From assembly GCA_035504315.1 (NCBI GenBank), contig DATJSB010000280.1, forward strand, positions 2,857-66,856: a DNA stretch of 64,000 bases, read 5' to 3'. Below, in pieces: positions 48,245-57,566 of the stretch. This DNA is from Terracidiphilus sp. (lineage in GTDB: Bacteria; Acidobacteriota; Terriglobia; Terriglobales; Acidobacteriaceae). The stretch's first letter is position 1; the number at the start of each line of letters is the position of its first letter. The translations under genes and the position numbers were made by a program. The notes under the pieces were generated by a model. That model saw only the letters and a program-made list of their open reading frames with translations, ran no database searches and had not been told where the DNA came from.

Positions 48245-48541
48245 ATGGTGCGCGTTGCGCTGCCCTATCACCTCCGCAACCTCGCCGGGGTCAAGGGCGA
48301 TGCGCAGGTCGTTGTCGCTGGCCCAGTCTCAATTCGCTCGGTTCTCGACGCCGTCGAAGCGAATTATCCAATGCTGCGCGGTACCATCCGCGAATACGAA
48401 ACCGGAAACCGCCGGCCTTTTCTGCGCTTCTTTGCCTGCGGCGAAGACTGGTCGCTCGAATCAGTGGATCGCGAACTGCCCGCAGCGATCGCGAAGGGCG
48501 AAGAGCCGCTGATTGTTCTCGGCTCGATTGCGGGCGGATGA
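48245..48541 (+). CDS. MoaD/ThiS-family ubiquitin-like protein
   Basis: 98 aa; MVRVALPYHLRNLAG beta-grasp start; C-terminal IAGG diglycine. Confidence 0.88.
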   Translation: MVRVALPYHLRNLAGVKGDAQVVVAGPVSIRSVLDAVEANYPMLRGTIREYETGNRRPFLRFFACGEDWSLESVDRELPAAIAKGEEPLIVLGSIAGG

Positions 48542-48643
48542 AAGGGAAATGAATTGGGCGTGGCGGAAGGCAGCGCGAGAACTACCGGGCATTCATCCCT
48601 GGTCCGCGCCAGAGAACGGCATTGCCTCAAACCGCCTCGCTTC

Positions 48644-49180
48644 TTACTGAGGCGTTGCCAGATACTTTTTGAGCGGGTCCCAGTAGCGCAGGTGCCAGCC
48701 GGGATCGAGATGGTCGAAGTCGCCCTCGGGGAAACCGGTGTGGTCCAGCGCCAGCATGGTTCCAGCGTTCGCGGTCTTCAACTCGAAATGCACGATGGAG
48801 TAAACGCCTGGGTCCCACGACGTAGGCCGCCACGCCTGCACGATGCGCTGGTTCGGGATCAGTTCCACATTTCGGCCTTCAACCAAGCCGCCAAAGGTGG
48901 TGAACGCGCCGCCCGCCTTGGGGTCGATCGTAGCCGGCATTCCGGTGAAAGCTGCGAACAGCTTTGAATCCATAAGCAGATTGAAGACGCGCTCCGGCGG
49001 GGCGTCGAGCGCGATCTCCTGATGGAGAGAGGTGCGCGTCGCGTTGGGGCCGGTCGTAGGCTTTTCTTCCATAGCCGGTTGCTGCGCCGGCGCGCGCCAT
49101 CCCCCCGCTGGAAACGCCACGGCTGCCGCGGCCGCGCCCATCGCGCGGCGGCGCGTAATCTGGTTGACGCTGATTTTCAT
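48644..49180 (-). CDS. SRPBCC/AHSA1-domain protein with Tat-like signal
   Basis: TRRRAM plus hydrophobic stretch; APPERVF, ELIPNQRIVQAW, LDHTGFP, GWHLRYW. Confidence 0.85.
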   Translation of the reverse strand: MKISVNQITRRRAMGAAAAAVAFPAGGWRAPAQQPAMEEKPTTGPNATRTSLHQEIALDAPPERVFNLLMDSKLFAAFTGMPATIDPKAGGAFTTFGGLVEGRNVELIPNQRIVQAWRPTSWDPGVYSIVHFELKTANAGTMLALDHTGFPEGDFDHLDPGWHLRYWDPLKKYLATPQ

Positions 49181-49237
49181 GCTGACCTCGCAAAAAGAAT
49201 TGCTTTGTCCCGGGTTCATGGGAACACGCGAAGATAT

Positions 49238-49253
49238 TATGTTCAAGAACATA
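49238..49253. promoter_or_regulatory. Probable TetR operator
   Basis: Palindrome TATGTTC-AA-GAACATA between the divergent SRPBCC and TetR genes. Confidence 0.65.
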
Positions 49254-49322
49254 TTTTGATCGACAAATTTGCCGCCCCTCGAAGATACTCGAGAAACCAT
49301 CGCCAGGACGCAGGAGGAACTC

Positions 49323-49949
49323 ATGCCGTATCCGGCCGGACATCGCGCCGAAACCAGGAGCAGAATCGTCGAGAGTGCGCGCAGGCTGTTTAACCGCCAT
49401 GGATTCGACCAGGTCTCGCTCGACGACGTGATGCTTGGCGCGGGCCTCACGCGCGGCGGATTCTACAGCTACTTCGCCAGCAAGAGCGACCTCTACGTCG
49501 AGTCGCTGAATTGCTTTTTCACCGATCCCCATTGGAAGAACTGTTGGGAGGGAGTTGAAATCGACCTCAAATCGACAGACATCGGAGCGCAGGTGATTCG
49601 AGCGTATCTTTCGCGCCAGCACTTCGAGGACGTCGAGAATTCCTGCCCCATGGTCGCGCTGCCCGCGGACGTAACGCGCGGCGACGTACGGCTCAAGCGC
49701 GCGTTTGAGACCGTCTTCGCAGCCATGGTCAGCGTCCTTGAGCGAAGCATGAAAGGCCGAGGCCGCAATGCTCGTTCCAATGCTCTGGCAATCGCAGCCT
49801 TGTGCATTGGCGGAATGGTGGTGGCGCGCGCAATGGACAGTCGCGCCTCCGCCGATGCAGTGCGCGACGCATCGATGCGCGTGGCGCTCGAGCTTGCCGG
49901 GTGGGGACAACCGAAGGCTCGAAAAAACGGAAGGCGTGGGCGCGGTTAG
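49323..49949 (+). CDS. TetR/AcrR family transcriptional regulator
   Basis: TRSRIVESARRLFNRHGF..VSLDDVMLGAGLTRGGFYSYFASKSDL HTH. Confidence 0.92.
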   Translation: MPYPAGHRAETRSRIVESARRLFNRHGFDQVSLDDVMLGAGLTRGGFYSYFASKSDLYVESLNCFFTDPHWKNCWEGVEIDLKSTDIGAQVIRAYLSRQHFEDVENSCPMVALPADVTRGDVRLKRAFETVFAAMVSVLERSMKGRGRNARSNALAIAALCIGGMVVARAMDSRASADAVRDASMRVALELAGWGQPKARKNGRRGRG

Positions 49950-50953
49950 ATCTCGTCCCTGCCCGGCCTCAGCATCAGGTCGCGAATGGCTTCGCGCGGG
50001 TCCTTGCCTTCGTTCAGGATCAGCTCCATCTGTTCGGTGATGGGCATCTCGATGCCCTGCCGGCGCGCAAGACCCAGGGCCGCGCGTGTGGTGAACACGC
50101 CTTCGGCCACTTTGCCACCCAGCCCCTCTAGGATCTCCGGCAGTTGCCGTCCTTTTCCCAGCGCCTCGCCGACGGTGCGGTTGCGGCTGAGGCTGCCGGT
50201 GCAGGTGAGCACAAGATCGCCGGTGCCCGACAGACCGGCCAGCGTCTCGCGCCGTCCACCGCAGGCCACCGCCAGCCGGGTGATCTCGGCTATTCCCCGC
50301 GTGATGAGTGCAGCCGTGGAATTATGGCCCAGACCGACGCCGGCCGCGACGCCGGCGGCAATGGCAATGACGTTCTTGAGCGCGCCGCCCAGCTCCACGC
50401 CGATCACGTCGTTGGAGGTGTAGAGGCGCAGGCTCTCCGATGCGAACTCCTGTTGCACGAGGGAGGCAATCTGGGGATCGCTGAAGGCTACGGTGACTGC
50501 GGTGGGCTGGCCCTGCGCCACTTCGAGAGCAAAGCTGGGGCCTGAGAGCGCGCCTATCGAAAGCAGCAGCCGGGCCGGCTCCAGCGCAGCAGAGATGACC
50601 TGGGTCATGCGCCGATGCGTGTTCTCCTCAAGACCCTTGGTGGCGCTGACAATAAACTGGCCGTTGTGCAGATGTTTGCGAATACGCAGCAGGGATTGGC
50701 GCAGAAACTCTGAGGGAATGACCGAGACCACGATCTGGGCATCGGACACAGACCCGCAGTCGGCAGTCACGCAAATGGTCCTCGGCAGCGGGAAGCCGGG
50801 CAGGAACTGACGGTTTTCCCCCGCGTCGATAATCTCCTGGGCAAGCTCGGGACTGTGCGCCCAGAGCGACAACTGGTGACCGCCGCGGCGGTGGAGGGCG
50901 AGCGCGAGGGCGGTTCCCCAAGCTCCGGCACCTAAGATGCTGATGCGGCTCAT
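49946..50953 (-). CDS. gpsA: NAD(P)H-dependent glycerol-3-phosphate dehydrogenase
   Basis: Start MSRISILGAGAWGTALA; ATKGLE, LSGPSFA, GGALKNVIAI, GDLVLTCTGSLSRN. Confidence 0.95.
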   Translation of the reverse strand: MSRISILGAGAWGTALALALHRRGGHQLSLWAHSPELAQEIIDAGENRQFLPGFPLPRTICVTADCGSVSDAQIVVSVIPSEFLRQSLLRIRKHLHNGQFIVSATKGLEENTHRRMTQVISAALEPARLLLSIGALSGPSFALEVAQGQPTAVTVAFSDPQIASLVQQEFASESLRLYTSNDVIGVELGGALKNVIAIAAGVAAGVGLGHNSTAALITRGIAEITRLAVACGGRRETLAGLSGTGDLVLTCTGSLSRNRTVGEALGKGRQLPEILEGLGGKVAEGVFTTRAALGLARRQGIEMPITEQMELILNEGKDPREAIRDLMLRPGRDEI

Positions 50954-51582
50954 TTGTTCTTTCCGGCTCCGAAACGGGATTCTCTGCCGCTCAACAGGCG
51001 GCCGATGTTCTGGTGATGTTTGATGATGATCAAGAGGGACACGGCGCACTGCACGGCGATAAAGAAGGCCGGACGGTCTCCGCGGGTCATGAGCCACGCG
51101 AAGACCGGGAAACTGGCCGCGCCGAGGATGGATCCAAGCGAAACGTACCGGCTGATGGCGAGGATGACCGCAAAGACGCCGATGGCCGCAAGCGCTGCCC
51201 AGGGCGCTGCCACCAAGAAGACTCCGAATCCGGTGGCCACTCCCTTGCCGCCTTTGAAGCCGAGCCAGGGGGTGAACATGTGGCCGAGAACCGCGAACAG
51301 CGCCGCCAGGGCTTGCAGATCGCGGTTGGGCAGCATGGGAAGCAGTACGCCGCCAAGCCACGCCCCCAGCCAGACGGCCGTCGAGCCCTTCAGCACGTCG
51401 AGCAGGAAAGTTGCGGCGCCCAGTCCTTTGCCGCCGGCGCGCAGAACATTGGTGGCGCCAATATTTCCGCTGCCGACTGAGCGGATATCCTGCTTGCGAA
51501 AGACGCGCACCAGCAGGTACCCGACGGGAATCGACCCAAACAGGAAGGCGACCACCGCGATGAACACTGCTGCGAGAAGCAT
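50950..51582 (-). CDS. plsY: Glycerol-3-phosphate acyltransferase PlsY
   Basis: GSIP, DIRSVGSGNIGATN, LDVLKG, GHMF..FKGGKGVAT, KHHQNIGRL. Confidence 0.95.
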   Translation of the reverse strand: MLLAAVFIAVVAFLFGSIPVGYLLVRVFRKQDIRSVGSGNIGATNVLRAGGKGLGAATFLLDVLKGSTAVWLGAWLGGVLLPMLPNRDLQALAALFAVLGHMFTPWLGFKGGKGVATGFGVFLVAAPWAALAAIGVFAVILAISRYVSLGSILGAASFPVFAWLMTRGDRPAFFIAVQCAVSLLIIIKHHQNIGRLLSGRESRFGAGKNK

Positions 51583-51704
51583 AACGAGTGAGTTTATCAG
51601 GTGAGAGGCAGCGGTTTCCCCGGAACGCACGGTCGCGGGAATCGGGCAGGAATCGGTGTCCCGAGCGCCATATCCCGAGCATCACAAGAAGTGAATAAAA
51701 GATT

Positions 51705-52112
51705 CTAGCCGATGGCGCGGCGAGCCGACCTGACCTCGGCCGCCAGCACCGCCAAAATCTGCAGCGCCACTGCCGGCTCGTTCTGCATGAGAGCTGTAAA
51801 CTCGTCGCGGGGGATGAAGCCAACTTGCGACCCTGCTTCAGCTGTTGCCGTCAGGGTGTAAGGCTGGTTACCCAAAAGGCCAGGCAGTCCCAGCAGCGAG
51901 CCCTCCGGAGCCTTTGTGGAAACGATCGGCTCGCCCTCTGCCGATTCCATCGTCAGCCGGACTGCGCCGCTCTCCAGGATGTAGACGCCGACCGGCGGGT
52001 CGCCCTGCGCGAACAGCACCCGGTCCGTGGCGCAGTCCACCGGGGTGGACTTTTTCTCGAGTACGCTTATCAGCGCTGGATGAGCGACAAATGCAGTTGG
52101 GTCGAGTTGCAT
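51705..52112 (-). CDS. Stand-alone cyclic-nucleotide-binding (CRP-effector) domain protein
   Basis: LFAQGDPPVGVYILESGAV...GSLLGL...YTLTATA; no HTH. Confidence 0.82.
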   Translation of the reverse strand: MQLDPTAFVAHPALISVLEKKSTPVDCATDRVLFAQGDPPVGVYILESGAVRLTMESAEGEPIVSTKAPEGSLLGLPGLLGNQPYTLTATAEAGSQVGFIPRDEFTALMQNEPAVALQILAVLAAEVRSARRAIG

Positions 52113-52300
52113 GGCGTACCTTTCTTTCATCGGCATGTTGACAGGGCCCAGATCGTAAAAATGGCTCTTTGCCAGCCGGCCTCATCCCCGCCTCGCGCTC
52201 AAAATGATTTCGAATCAACGGAATCGGGGGCGAAGCGGCGCTTTTTTTGCAGTGTAACGTGCGATCAAGTTCATCTTGTCATCGCGAGGAAGGGAAAGGT

Positions 52301-52316
52301 TGTGATATGGATCACG
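52301..52316. promoter_or_regulatory. CRP-like binding site
   Basis: TGTGA-TATGGA-TCACG, 9/10 match to TGTGA-N6-TCACA. Confidence 0.55.
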
Positions 52317-52455
52317 ATTTGATGTTCACCCGCCGCCATACAGGTGATTCATACACATTTTCTGCCCTTGGATAATCCGCTTGCGGCCCTGTCCGCGTCA
52401 CATTTACACGACTGTAATCAAAGCTCCTCGTTCAATTCCTTACACTTTTCTCGTT

Positions 52456-52794
52456 ATGACCTTCGACCCTCCATTGACCTTTGAACGAATCGACGACAAG
52501 CCGAATGAAACCAGCACGTTCCGGCTGTTGGGACCGCTGACCGTGCGTAACATATTCGAGTTTCAAACGGCCCTGCGCGCAGAGCCCCTGCCCCGTTTGA
52601 CGGTGGTTGATCTTGCGCAGGTGCCGTTCATGGATTCGGCCGGCATCGGCGTCATCATCAACGGCTATGTACATTGCCGCAAAGCGGGTGTCGAACTTGC
52701 GGTCGAGGGTGTGAACTATCGCGTCATGGAGCTGTTCAAGCTCACTCATGTGGACAAGCTGATTCCAATCCGGTCGGCGGTCGAAGGGGCTTAA
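52456..52794 (+). CDS. STAS-domain anti-sigma-factor antagonist
   Basis: VVDLAQVPFMDSAGIG with the phosphorylatable Ser. Confidence 0.9.
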   Translation: MTFDPPLTFERIDDKPNETSTFRLLGPLTVRNIFEFQTALRAEPLPRLTVVDLAQVPFMDSAGIGVIINGYVHCRKAGVELAVEGVNYRVMELFKLTHVDKLIPIRSAVEGA

Positions 52795-52851
52795 CCGGGC
52801 CGGTTTTGACTCGCACCGTTCCTGAGGGATATTGAGTTCCGGCAGACCTGA

Positions 52852-53748
52852 ATGGCTCAATTAGACTTTTCAGTGGAGCCATGGATGCCGGGAATCCTCG
52901 CCAAAACACGCATTACCCTGGAGATGATCAAGTGGGAGCACTCGATTTTTGCGCTCCCTTTTGCCCTCACCGCAGTGCTGCTCGCCGCGCAGGGTCATCC
53001 CGGTTGGCGAACCCTGGGGTGGATCCTGGTGGCGATGGTGGCCGCGCGCTCCGCAGCCATGGCCTTCAACCGCTGGGCCGACGCCGATCTCGACGCCGCC
53101 AACCCCCGTACCAGAATGAGGGCCATACCTGCCGGCCTGCTCACGCGGCAGTTCGTGCTCGCCTTCACTATCGTTGCCACAGTGGTTTTCCTCATCGCCG
53201 CCGGCGAGCTGAACCAGCTCACGCTTTATCTCTCGCCCATCGTCCTGCTGGTGCTCTTCGGCTACAGCTACATGAAGCGCATTACCCGCTGGTCGCACCT
53301 GGGCCTCGGGCTTTCTCTGGGGCTGGCCCCTTCGGCAGCGTGGATCGCCGTGCGCGGCAGCCTCGATCCCCGCATCGTGGTGCTTACAGCGGCAGTCACG
53401 CTTTGGGCGGGCGGATTCGACGTGCTTTACGCCTGCCAGGACTTTGAGCACGACCGCAGCGCCGGCCTGCACAGCCTGCCCCAGTCCAGGGGAATCGCCG
53501 TCGCCTTCTGGGCGGCCCGCATTATGCACCTGGCCATGCTGGGGCTGATGGTCTGGTTCGCGCTGCTCTTCGATTTTCGCCTGGCTGGATGGCTGGGGGT
53601 CGTTGCCGTGGCTTTGCTGCTGAGCTATGAGCACTCCCTGGTGTCGCCGCGCGACCTGCGCCGGCTCAATGCAGCTTTTTTTACGATGAATGGCGTTATC
53701 GCCATGGTGTTCCTGGTTTTCGTGGCGGCGGATCTGTGGTTGCGGTAA
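52852..53748 (+). CDS. UbiA-family prenyltransferase (MqnP-like, menaquinone pathway)
   Basis: EHSIFALPFA, ARSAAMAFNR..DADLDAANPRT..RAIP, GFDVLYACQD, AFFTMNG; start may be 52885. Confidence 0.88.
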   Translation: MAQLDFSVEPWMPGILAKTRITLEMIKWEHSIFALPFALTAVLLAAQGHPGWRTLGWILVAMVAARSAAMAFNRWADADLDAANPRTRMRAIPAGLLTRQFVLAFTIVATVVFLIAAGELNQLTLYLSPIVLLVLFGYSYMKRITRWSHLGLGLSLGLAPSAAWIAVRGSLDPRIVVLTAAVTLWAGGFDVLYACQDFEHDRSAGLHSLPQSRGIAVAFWAARIMHLAMLGLMVWFALLFDFRLAGWLGVVAVALLLSYEHSLVSPRDLRRLNAAFFTMNGVIAMVFLVFVAADLWLR

Positions 53749-53842
53749 GGCCGGAGGAGTAGATTCGATTCAAACCCGGGGAATGCGGCGAATCTGAATT
53801 TTATTGTCTGGTAGAGTTACAATAGTTACAGGAGCGACGACA

Positions 53843-54286
53843 GTGACAGCTTCGCCTTCGACTGTAATCAGCATGCGGCTGCCCTCCGAGAGCGGAAGGC
53901 GTTTGAAACGGCTCGCCAGCCGTCATGGCTGGACCGCCAGCGACTTGAGCGCTCGGCTTGTCGAAGAAGGCCTGCGCCGGGCTGAGTTTGCATTCATCGA
54001 CTTTCGCGATTCGGCGGCCGGACGCCAGGCCTGCATCCAGGGCAGCTCCCTCGCGGTTTGGGAAGTAATGGCTCTCGTGGAGAGCTACAAAGGAGATGCT
54101 GAAGCCGTGGCGAAGCATCTGCACTGGCCGGCAGTCAAAGTGGCAGCCGCGGTTCATTACGCCGAGTCCTACCCCGATGAGATTGGCGACGCACTCGAAG
54201 AGAACGAATCGGTGGATTTTGCGGCGTTGAAACGCATGCTGCCCCAGGCAGGTGCATTCAAAACAAGTCGTGCCCCGAGGCGCTGA
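53843..54286 (+). CDS. RHH plus DUF433-like putative antitoxin
   Basis: GTG start after AGGAG; VISMRLP..RLKRLA RHH pattern; GRQACIQGSSLAVWEV...VAAAVHYAESYPDEI DUF433 pattern. Confidence 0.72.
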   Translation: MTASPSTVISMRLPSESGRRLKRLASRHGWTASDLSARLVEEGLRRAEFAFIDFRDSAAGRQACIQGSSLAVWEVMALVESYKGDAEAVAKHLHWPAVKVAAAVHYAESYPDEIGDALEENESVDFAALKRMLPQAGAFKTSRAPRR

Positions 54287-54287
54287 T

Positions 54288-54686
54288 TTGCTGAAGGTTC
54301 TGCTCGACGAACACGTCTCGCCTGCCGTGGCCTCTGGCCTTAAACGCCGCCTGCCGCGATTCACTGTTCATGCATTGGCCGAGTGGGACAATGGCGCGCA
54401 CCTGGGCCAGGATGATGCCAGTTGCCTTCAGGATGCAGCCCGCCGGAAGCTGACCCTGGTTACGTACGATCGGCGAACCATTCCGCCACTGTTGAAGGTT
54501 TGGGCCGAATCGGGCATTCATCACGCCGGGGTAGTGTTTGTCGACGAGAAAACCATTGCTCCGCCCGACATTGGCGGGCTGGTGCGGGCCCTGGTTGAAT
54601 TGGCAAAAGCAGCGCAGAATTGGGATTGGACTGACAGGGTTTGCTTCCTGGAACGCGCCGATGGGAGGAGGGGGAATTCATCGTGA
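54288..54686 (+). CDS. DUF5615/VapC45-like PIN-domain putative toxin
   Basis: TTG start, LKVLLDEHV...GQDDASCL..A....TLVTYD...HAGVVFV. Confidence 0.75.
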   Translation: MLKVLLDEHVSPAVASGLKRRLPRFTVHALAEWDNGAHLGQDDASCLQDAARRKLTLVTYDRRTIPPLLKVWAESGIHHAGVVFVDEKTIAPPDIGGLVRALVELAKAAQNWDWTDRVCFLERADGRRGNSS

Positions 54687-55465
54687 CCGCATCAGCCAGA
54701 GTCGCCGTTGTTACCGGTGGAGCGCAGGGCATTGGCCGCCGCACCGCCGAGCTGCTGGCGGAGCGCGGCTATCGCGTCGCCATCATCGACCTGAACCCGG
54801 CCGTGAGCACGATCGCGGCGATTGAATCCGCCGGCGGCGAGGTGTTTGGCTTTGCCGGCGACATAACCTCCGAAGCAGTCGTCGAAGAGTTCAAGAGCCG
54901 CGTCTTTGCCCGCTATGGCCGCGTGGACGTGCTGGTGAACAATGCAGGCATCAGCTTTATTTCGCCGGCCGAAGAAATTTCGGCGGCGGATTATCGCCGC
55001 GTCCTCGAGGTCAATCTGGTGGCGCCATTCCTGCTTGCCAAGGCATTTGGAACCGTAATGCTTGAAGCGCGCAGCGGGTCGATCGTCAATGTTGCCTCGG
55101 TCGCGGGCCTGCTCGGGGTTGCCGACCGCGCGGCGTACAACGCGTCAAAACACGGGCTGGTGGGGCTTACGCGCACATTGGCGGCAGAGTGGGGCGGGCG
55201 CGGCGTTCGTGTCAATGCCGTCTGCCCCGGATGGGTGAAGACCGAGATGGATGCAGCCGACCAGACGGGCGGCAGCTATACCGACAGCGACATTACCGGC
55301 CGCGTTCCGATGGCCCGTTTTGCCTCGCCCGACGATATTGCCCACGCCATTGCATTTCTGGCCGACGAGAAAGAGAGTGCGTTCATTAACGGGCACACGC
55401 TGTCGGTGGACGGCGGCTGGGCAGCCGATGGCAGCTGGGAATCGGTGCGATTGCGCAAGCGGTGA
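54683..55465 (+). CDS. SDR family oxidoreductase
   Basis: TGGAQGIG, NNAGI, YNASK, VNAVCPG; GTGA overlap with the PIN gene. Confidence 0.9.
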   Translation: MTASARVAVVTGGAQGIGRRTAELLAERGYRVAIIDLNPAVSTIAAIESAGGEVFGFAGDITSEAVVEEFKSRVFARYGRVDVLVNNAGISFISPAEEISAADYRRVLEVNLVAPFLLAKAFGTVMLEARSGSIVNVASVAGLLGVADRAAYNASKHGLVGLTRTLAAEWGGRGVRVNAVCPGWVKTEMDAADQTGGSYTDSDITGRVPMARFASPDDIAHAIAFLADEKESAFINGHTLSVDGGWAADGSWESVRLRKR

Positions 55466-55508
55466 AAAAACAAAAGCGGCACGAACCTGGCGAGGTTTCG
55501 CGCCGCTT
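55466..55508 (-). terminator. Probable intrinsic terminator
   Basis: AAGCGGCACGAACCT-GGCG-AGGTTTCGCGCCGCTT with an A-run on the left. Confidence 0.6.
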
Positions 55509-55525
55509 GATCAGGTTGGCCGGAT

Positions 55526-56413
55526 TTACACGTAGGCCAGGTTGATATTGTCGAAGGCCTCGTCGATCTCCTGCGGGCTTTTGAAGCCAATGGTGACGCA
55601 ATCCACGCCGGCGCTCCGGAAGGCGAAGCGTACGGCCGCCTGGCGGTCGCTGCGCTGCGTGAAGGTGCCGTCGCCGGCCAGCTTCATGCTGATGACGCCC
55701 ATACCTTCGCTCTTCACCTGTTTCACGTGGTGCACAACTTCTTCCACATTCCCCGGTGTTGTGTAATCCGCGCCGGAGGGTCCGTCCATGCGCGTGCCGT
55801 TGTGGTTCATGCGGATCATTGCGATTTGGAGCCACGAGTCGCCTGGCACCAGTCGCAGCGCGGGCAGGCCGTGGACTGAAACGCCACGCACTTTGATGGT
55901 TTGTTTCGCCTGAGCTTCGTTGATGCCGTCGCGCCAGCGGGCAGACTCAGCTACCCAGTTGCCCGTGTGCTGGTAGTGGAGCAGCATGATGTCGAAGTAA
56001 TCAGTCTGCGAGATGCGGCGCATCTCGTCGAAGCGCTTGGCCGGGTCGGCCCCCGGGTCGGTCGTGACCTTGCTCATCAACACGTAGCTCTCGCGGGGAT
56101 AGGGCTTGAGCGCCTCGGCGAGCATGGCCGGAGTCGCATAGGCTTCAGCAGTTTCAAAGAAGCGAATGCCGCGGTCCCAGGCGTGTTGCACCAGGCGGTT
56201 GAAGCCCTGCTGGCCAAGAGCCTTTTGCACGTAGCCGTTGTTGCTGCCGGTGCCGAGGGCAAGACGCGTCACCTGCAGATTCGACTTGCCCAGGGTGACC
56301 AATTCCGTTGCTTTCTGCGTGGAGGCGGCTTTGAGAGGTGCGGCCGCGGCGCCCGCGACGGTTGAGACGGCAATGGAAGTTTTCAGAAATTCGCGGCGGG
56401 AAACTGGGCTCAT
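55526..56413 (-). CDS. Aldo/keto reductase with Tat signal
   Basis: MSPVSRREFLK; LGKSNLQVTRLALGT, GIRFFETAEAY, TDYFDIMLLH. Confidence 0.88.
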   Translation of the reverse strand: MSPVSRREFLKTSIAVSTVAGAAAAPLKAASTQKATELVTLGKSNLQVTRLALGTGSNNGYVQKALGQQGFNRLVQHAWDRGIRFFETAEAYATPAMLAEALKPYPRESYVLMSKVTTDPGADPAKRFDEMRRISQTDYFDIMLLHYQHTGNWVAESARWRDGINEAQAKQTIKVRGVSVHGLPALRLVPGDSWLQIAMIRMNHNGTRMDGPSGADYTTPGNVEEVVHHVKQVKSEGMGVISMKLAGDGTFTQRSDRQAAVRFAFRSAGVDCVTIGFKSPQEIDEAFDNINLAYV

Positions 56414-56620
56414 GACAGACCTCCGGGCAGAATTAACGGCTTGGGTGGCCGTTGCCGAGATGGTACCACGGCAGCGGCTGCGTGGAGAATTGTGAGTACC
56501 ACAGGACGGTGCCGGGTTGCAGTTCGATGAACACCCCTTTCCAATCCAGAGGGTTATGGTATGGTGCGAAATGAACGCGAATTTGCATTGGCGACTTTTA
56601 AGAAAGCAGCGGACGGACGG

Positions 56621-57451
56621 ATGAAAATCGCAATCCAAGGCGAGCCGGGGTCCTTCAGCCACGAAGCGGTGCTGAAGCTGGTTCCCGATGCCGAAATCGC
56701 GCCCTGCGCGCTTTCTGCAGAGGTCTTTGCGGCACTTACCGGGAATTCAGTCGAGGCCGCCGTTATTCCGATTGAAAACAGCCTGGCCGGATCGGTTTCG
56801 GAGCATTTCGACTTGCTGCTCGCCAACGACGTGCGAGTGGAGCGCGAGACCCTGCTGCGCATTCGGCACAACCTGATTGCCATCGCGGGGGCGGAGACTG
56901 AAGGCATCGATCGCGTCTTCTCGCATCCCGTGGCGCTGGCTCAATGCCGGCAGTTTCTCTCCCGCCATCCGCGCATGGAGGCGTTTGCATTTTACGATAC
57001 CGCCGGCAGCGTGAAGCAGCTGGTTGAACTGCGCGACCGTCACGCCGCGGCGATTGCCAGTGAGCAGGCTGCGCAGTTCTACGGCGCGGTGATTCTCGAG
57101 GCCGGGATCGAAGACAATGCCGAGAACTACACGCGTTTTTTCCTGTTGCGGCGCACCGCTGAAGTCGCTCCTGACCCCGAGGCCAACAAGATCAGCTTGG
57201 CGTTTTCGCTCGAACATCGTCCCGGCTCGCTGGTGGCCGCGCTCAGCGCGCTTGCTGCCCTGGGAACCAACCTGACCAAGATCGAGTCGCGGCCTGTTCA
57301 CGGCAAGCCCTGGGAGTACGTCTTCTACGTCGACTGCCAGATCGGATCGGCCGGCGAAGGCACGCGTGCGATTGACGCGTTGCGCGCCCACTGCGGCATG
57401 GTGAAGGAACTGGGACGCTATCGCGAGGCCGTGAGCGCAGTGAACGTTTAG
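56621..57451 (+). CDS. pheA: Prephenate dehydratase
   Basis: IQGEPGSFSH, PIENSLAGSV, SHPVALAQC, NYTRF, NLTKIESRP ACT domain. Confidence 0.93.
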   Translation: MKIAIQGEPGSFSHEAVLKLVPDAEIAPCALSAEVFAALTGNSVEAAVIPIENSLAGSVSEHFDLLLANDVRVERETLLRIRHNLIAIAGAETEGIDRVFSHPVALAQCRQFLSRHPRMEAFAFYDTAGSVKQLVELRDRHAAAIASEQAAQFYGAVILEAGIEDNAENYTRFFLLRRTAEVAPDPEANKISLAFSLEHRPGSLVAALSALAALGTNLTKIESRPVHGKPWEYVFYVDCQIGSAGEGTRAIDALRAHCGMVKELGRYREAVSAVNV

Positions 57452-57483
57452 GCTCGCGGGAAACCGGGAATTGCCGGAAATGC

Positions 57484-57511
57484 AAAAGGACCAGCCGACG
57501 CCGGTCCTTTG
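57484..57511. terminator. Probable bidirectional terminator
   Basis: AAAAGGACCAGC-CGAC-GCCGGTCCTTTG between convergent genes. Confidence 0.6.
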
Positions 57512-57566
57512 TTGTTTGTCGGGTTTTTCGCAGCGGTTCCCTGACCCCTGATACCTGATTTCTGTT

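Noticed and set aside
49946-51823. 625-aa ORF suggesting an N-terminally extended GpsA
   Set aside because: The extension is an alternate frame over plsY; the real start is MSRISILGAG at 50953.
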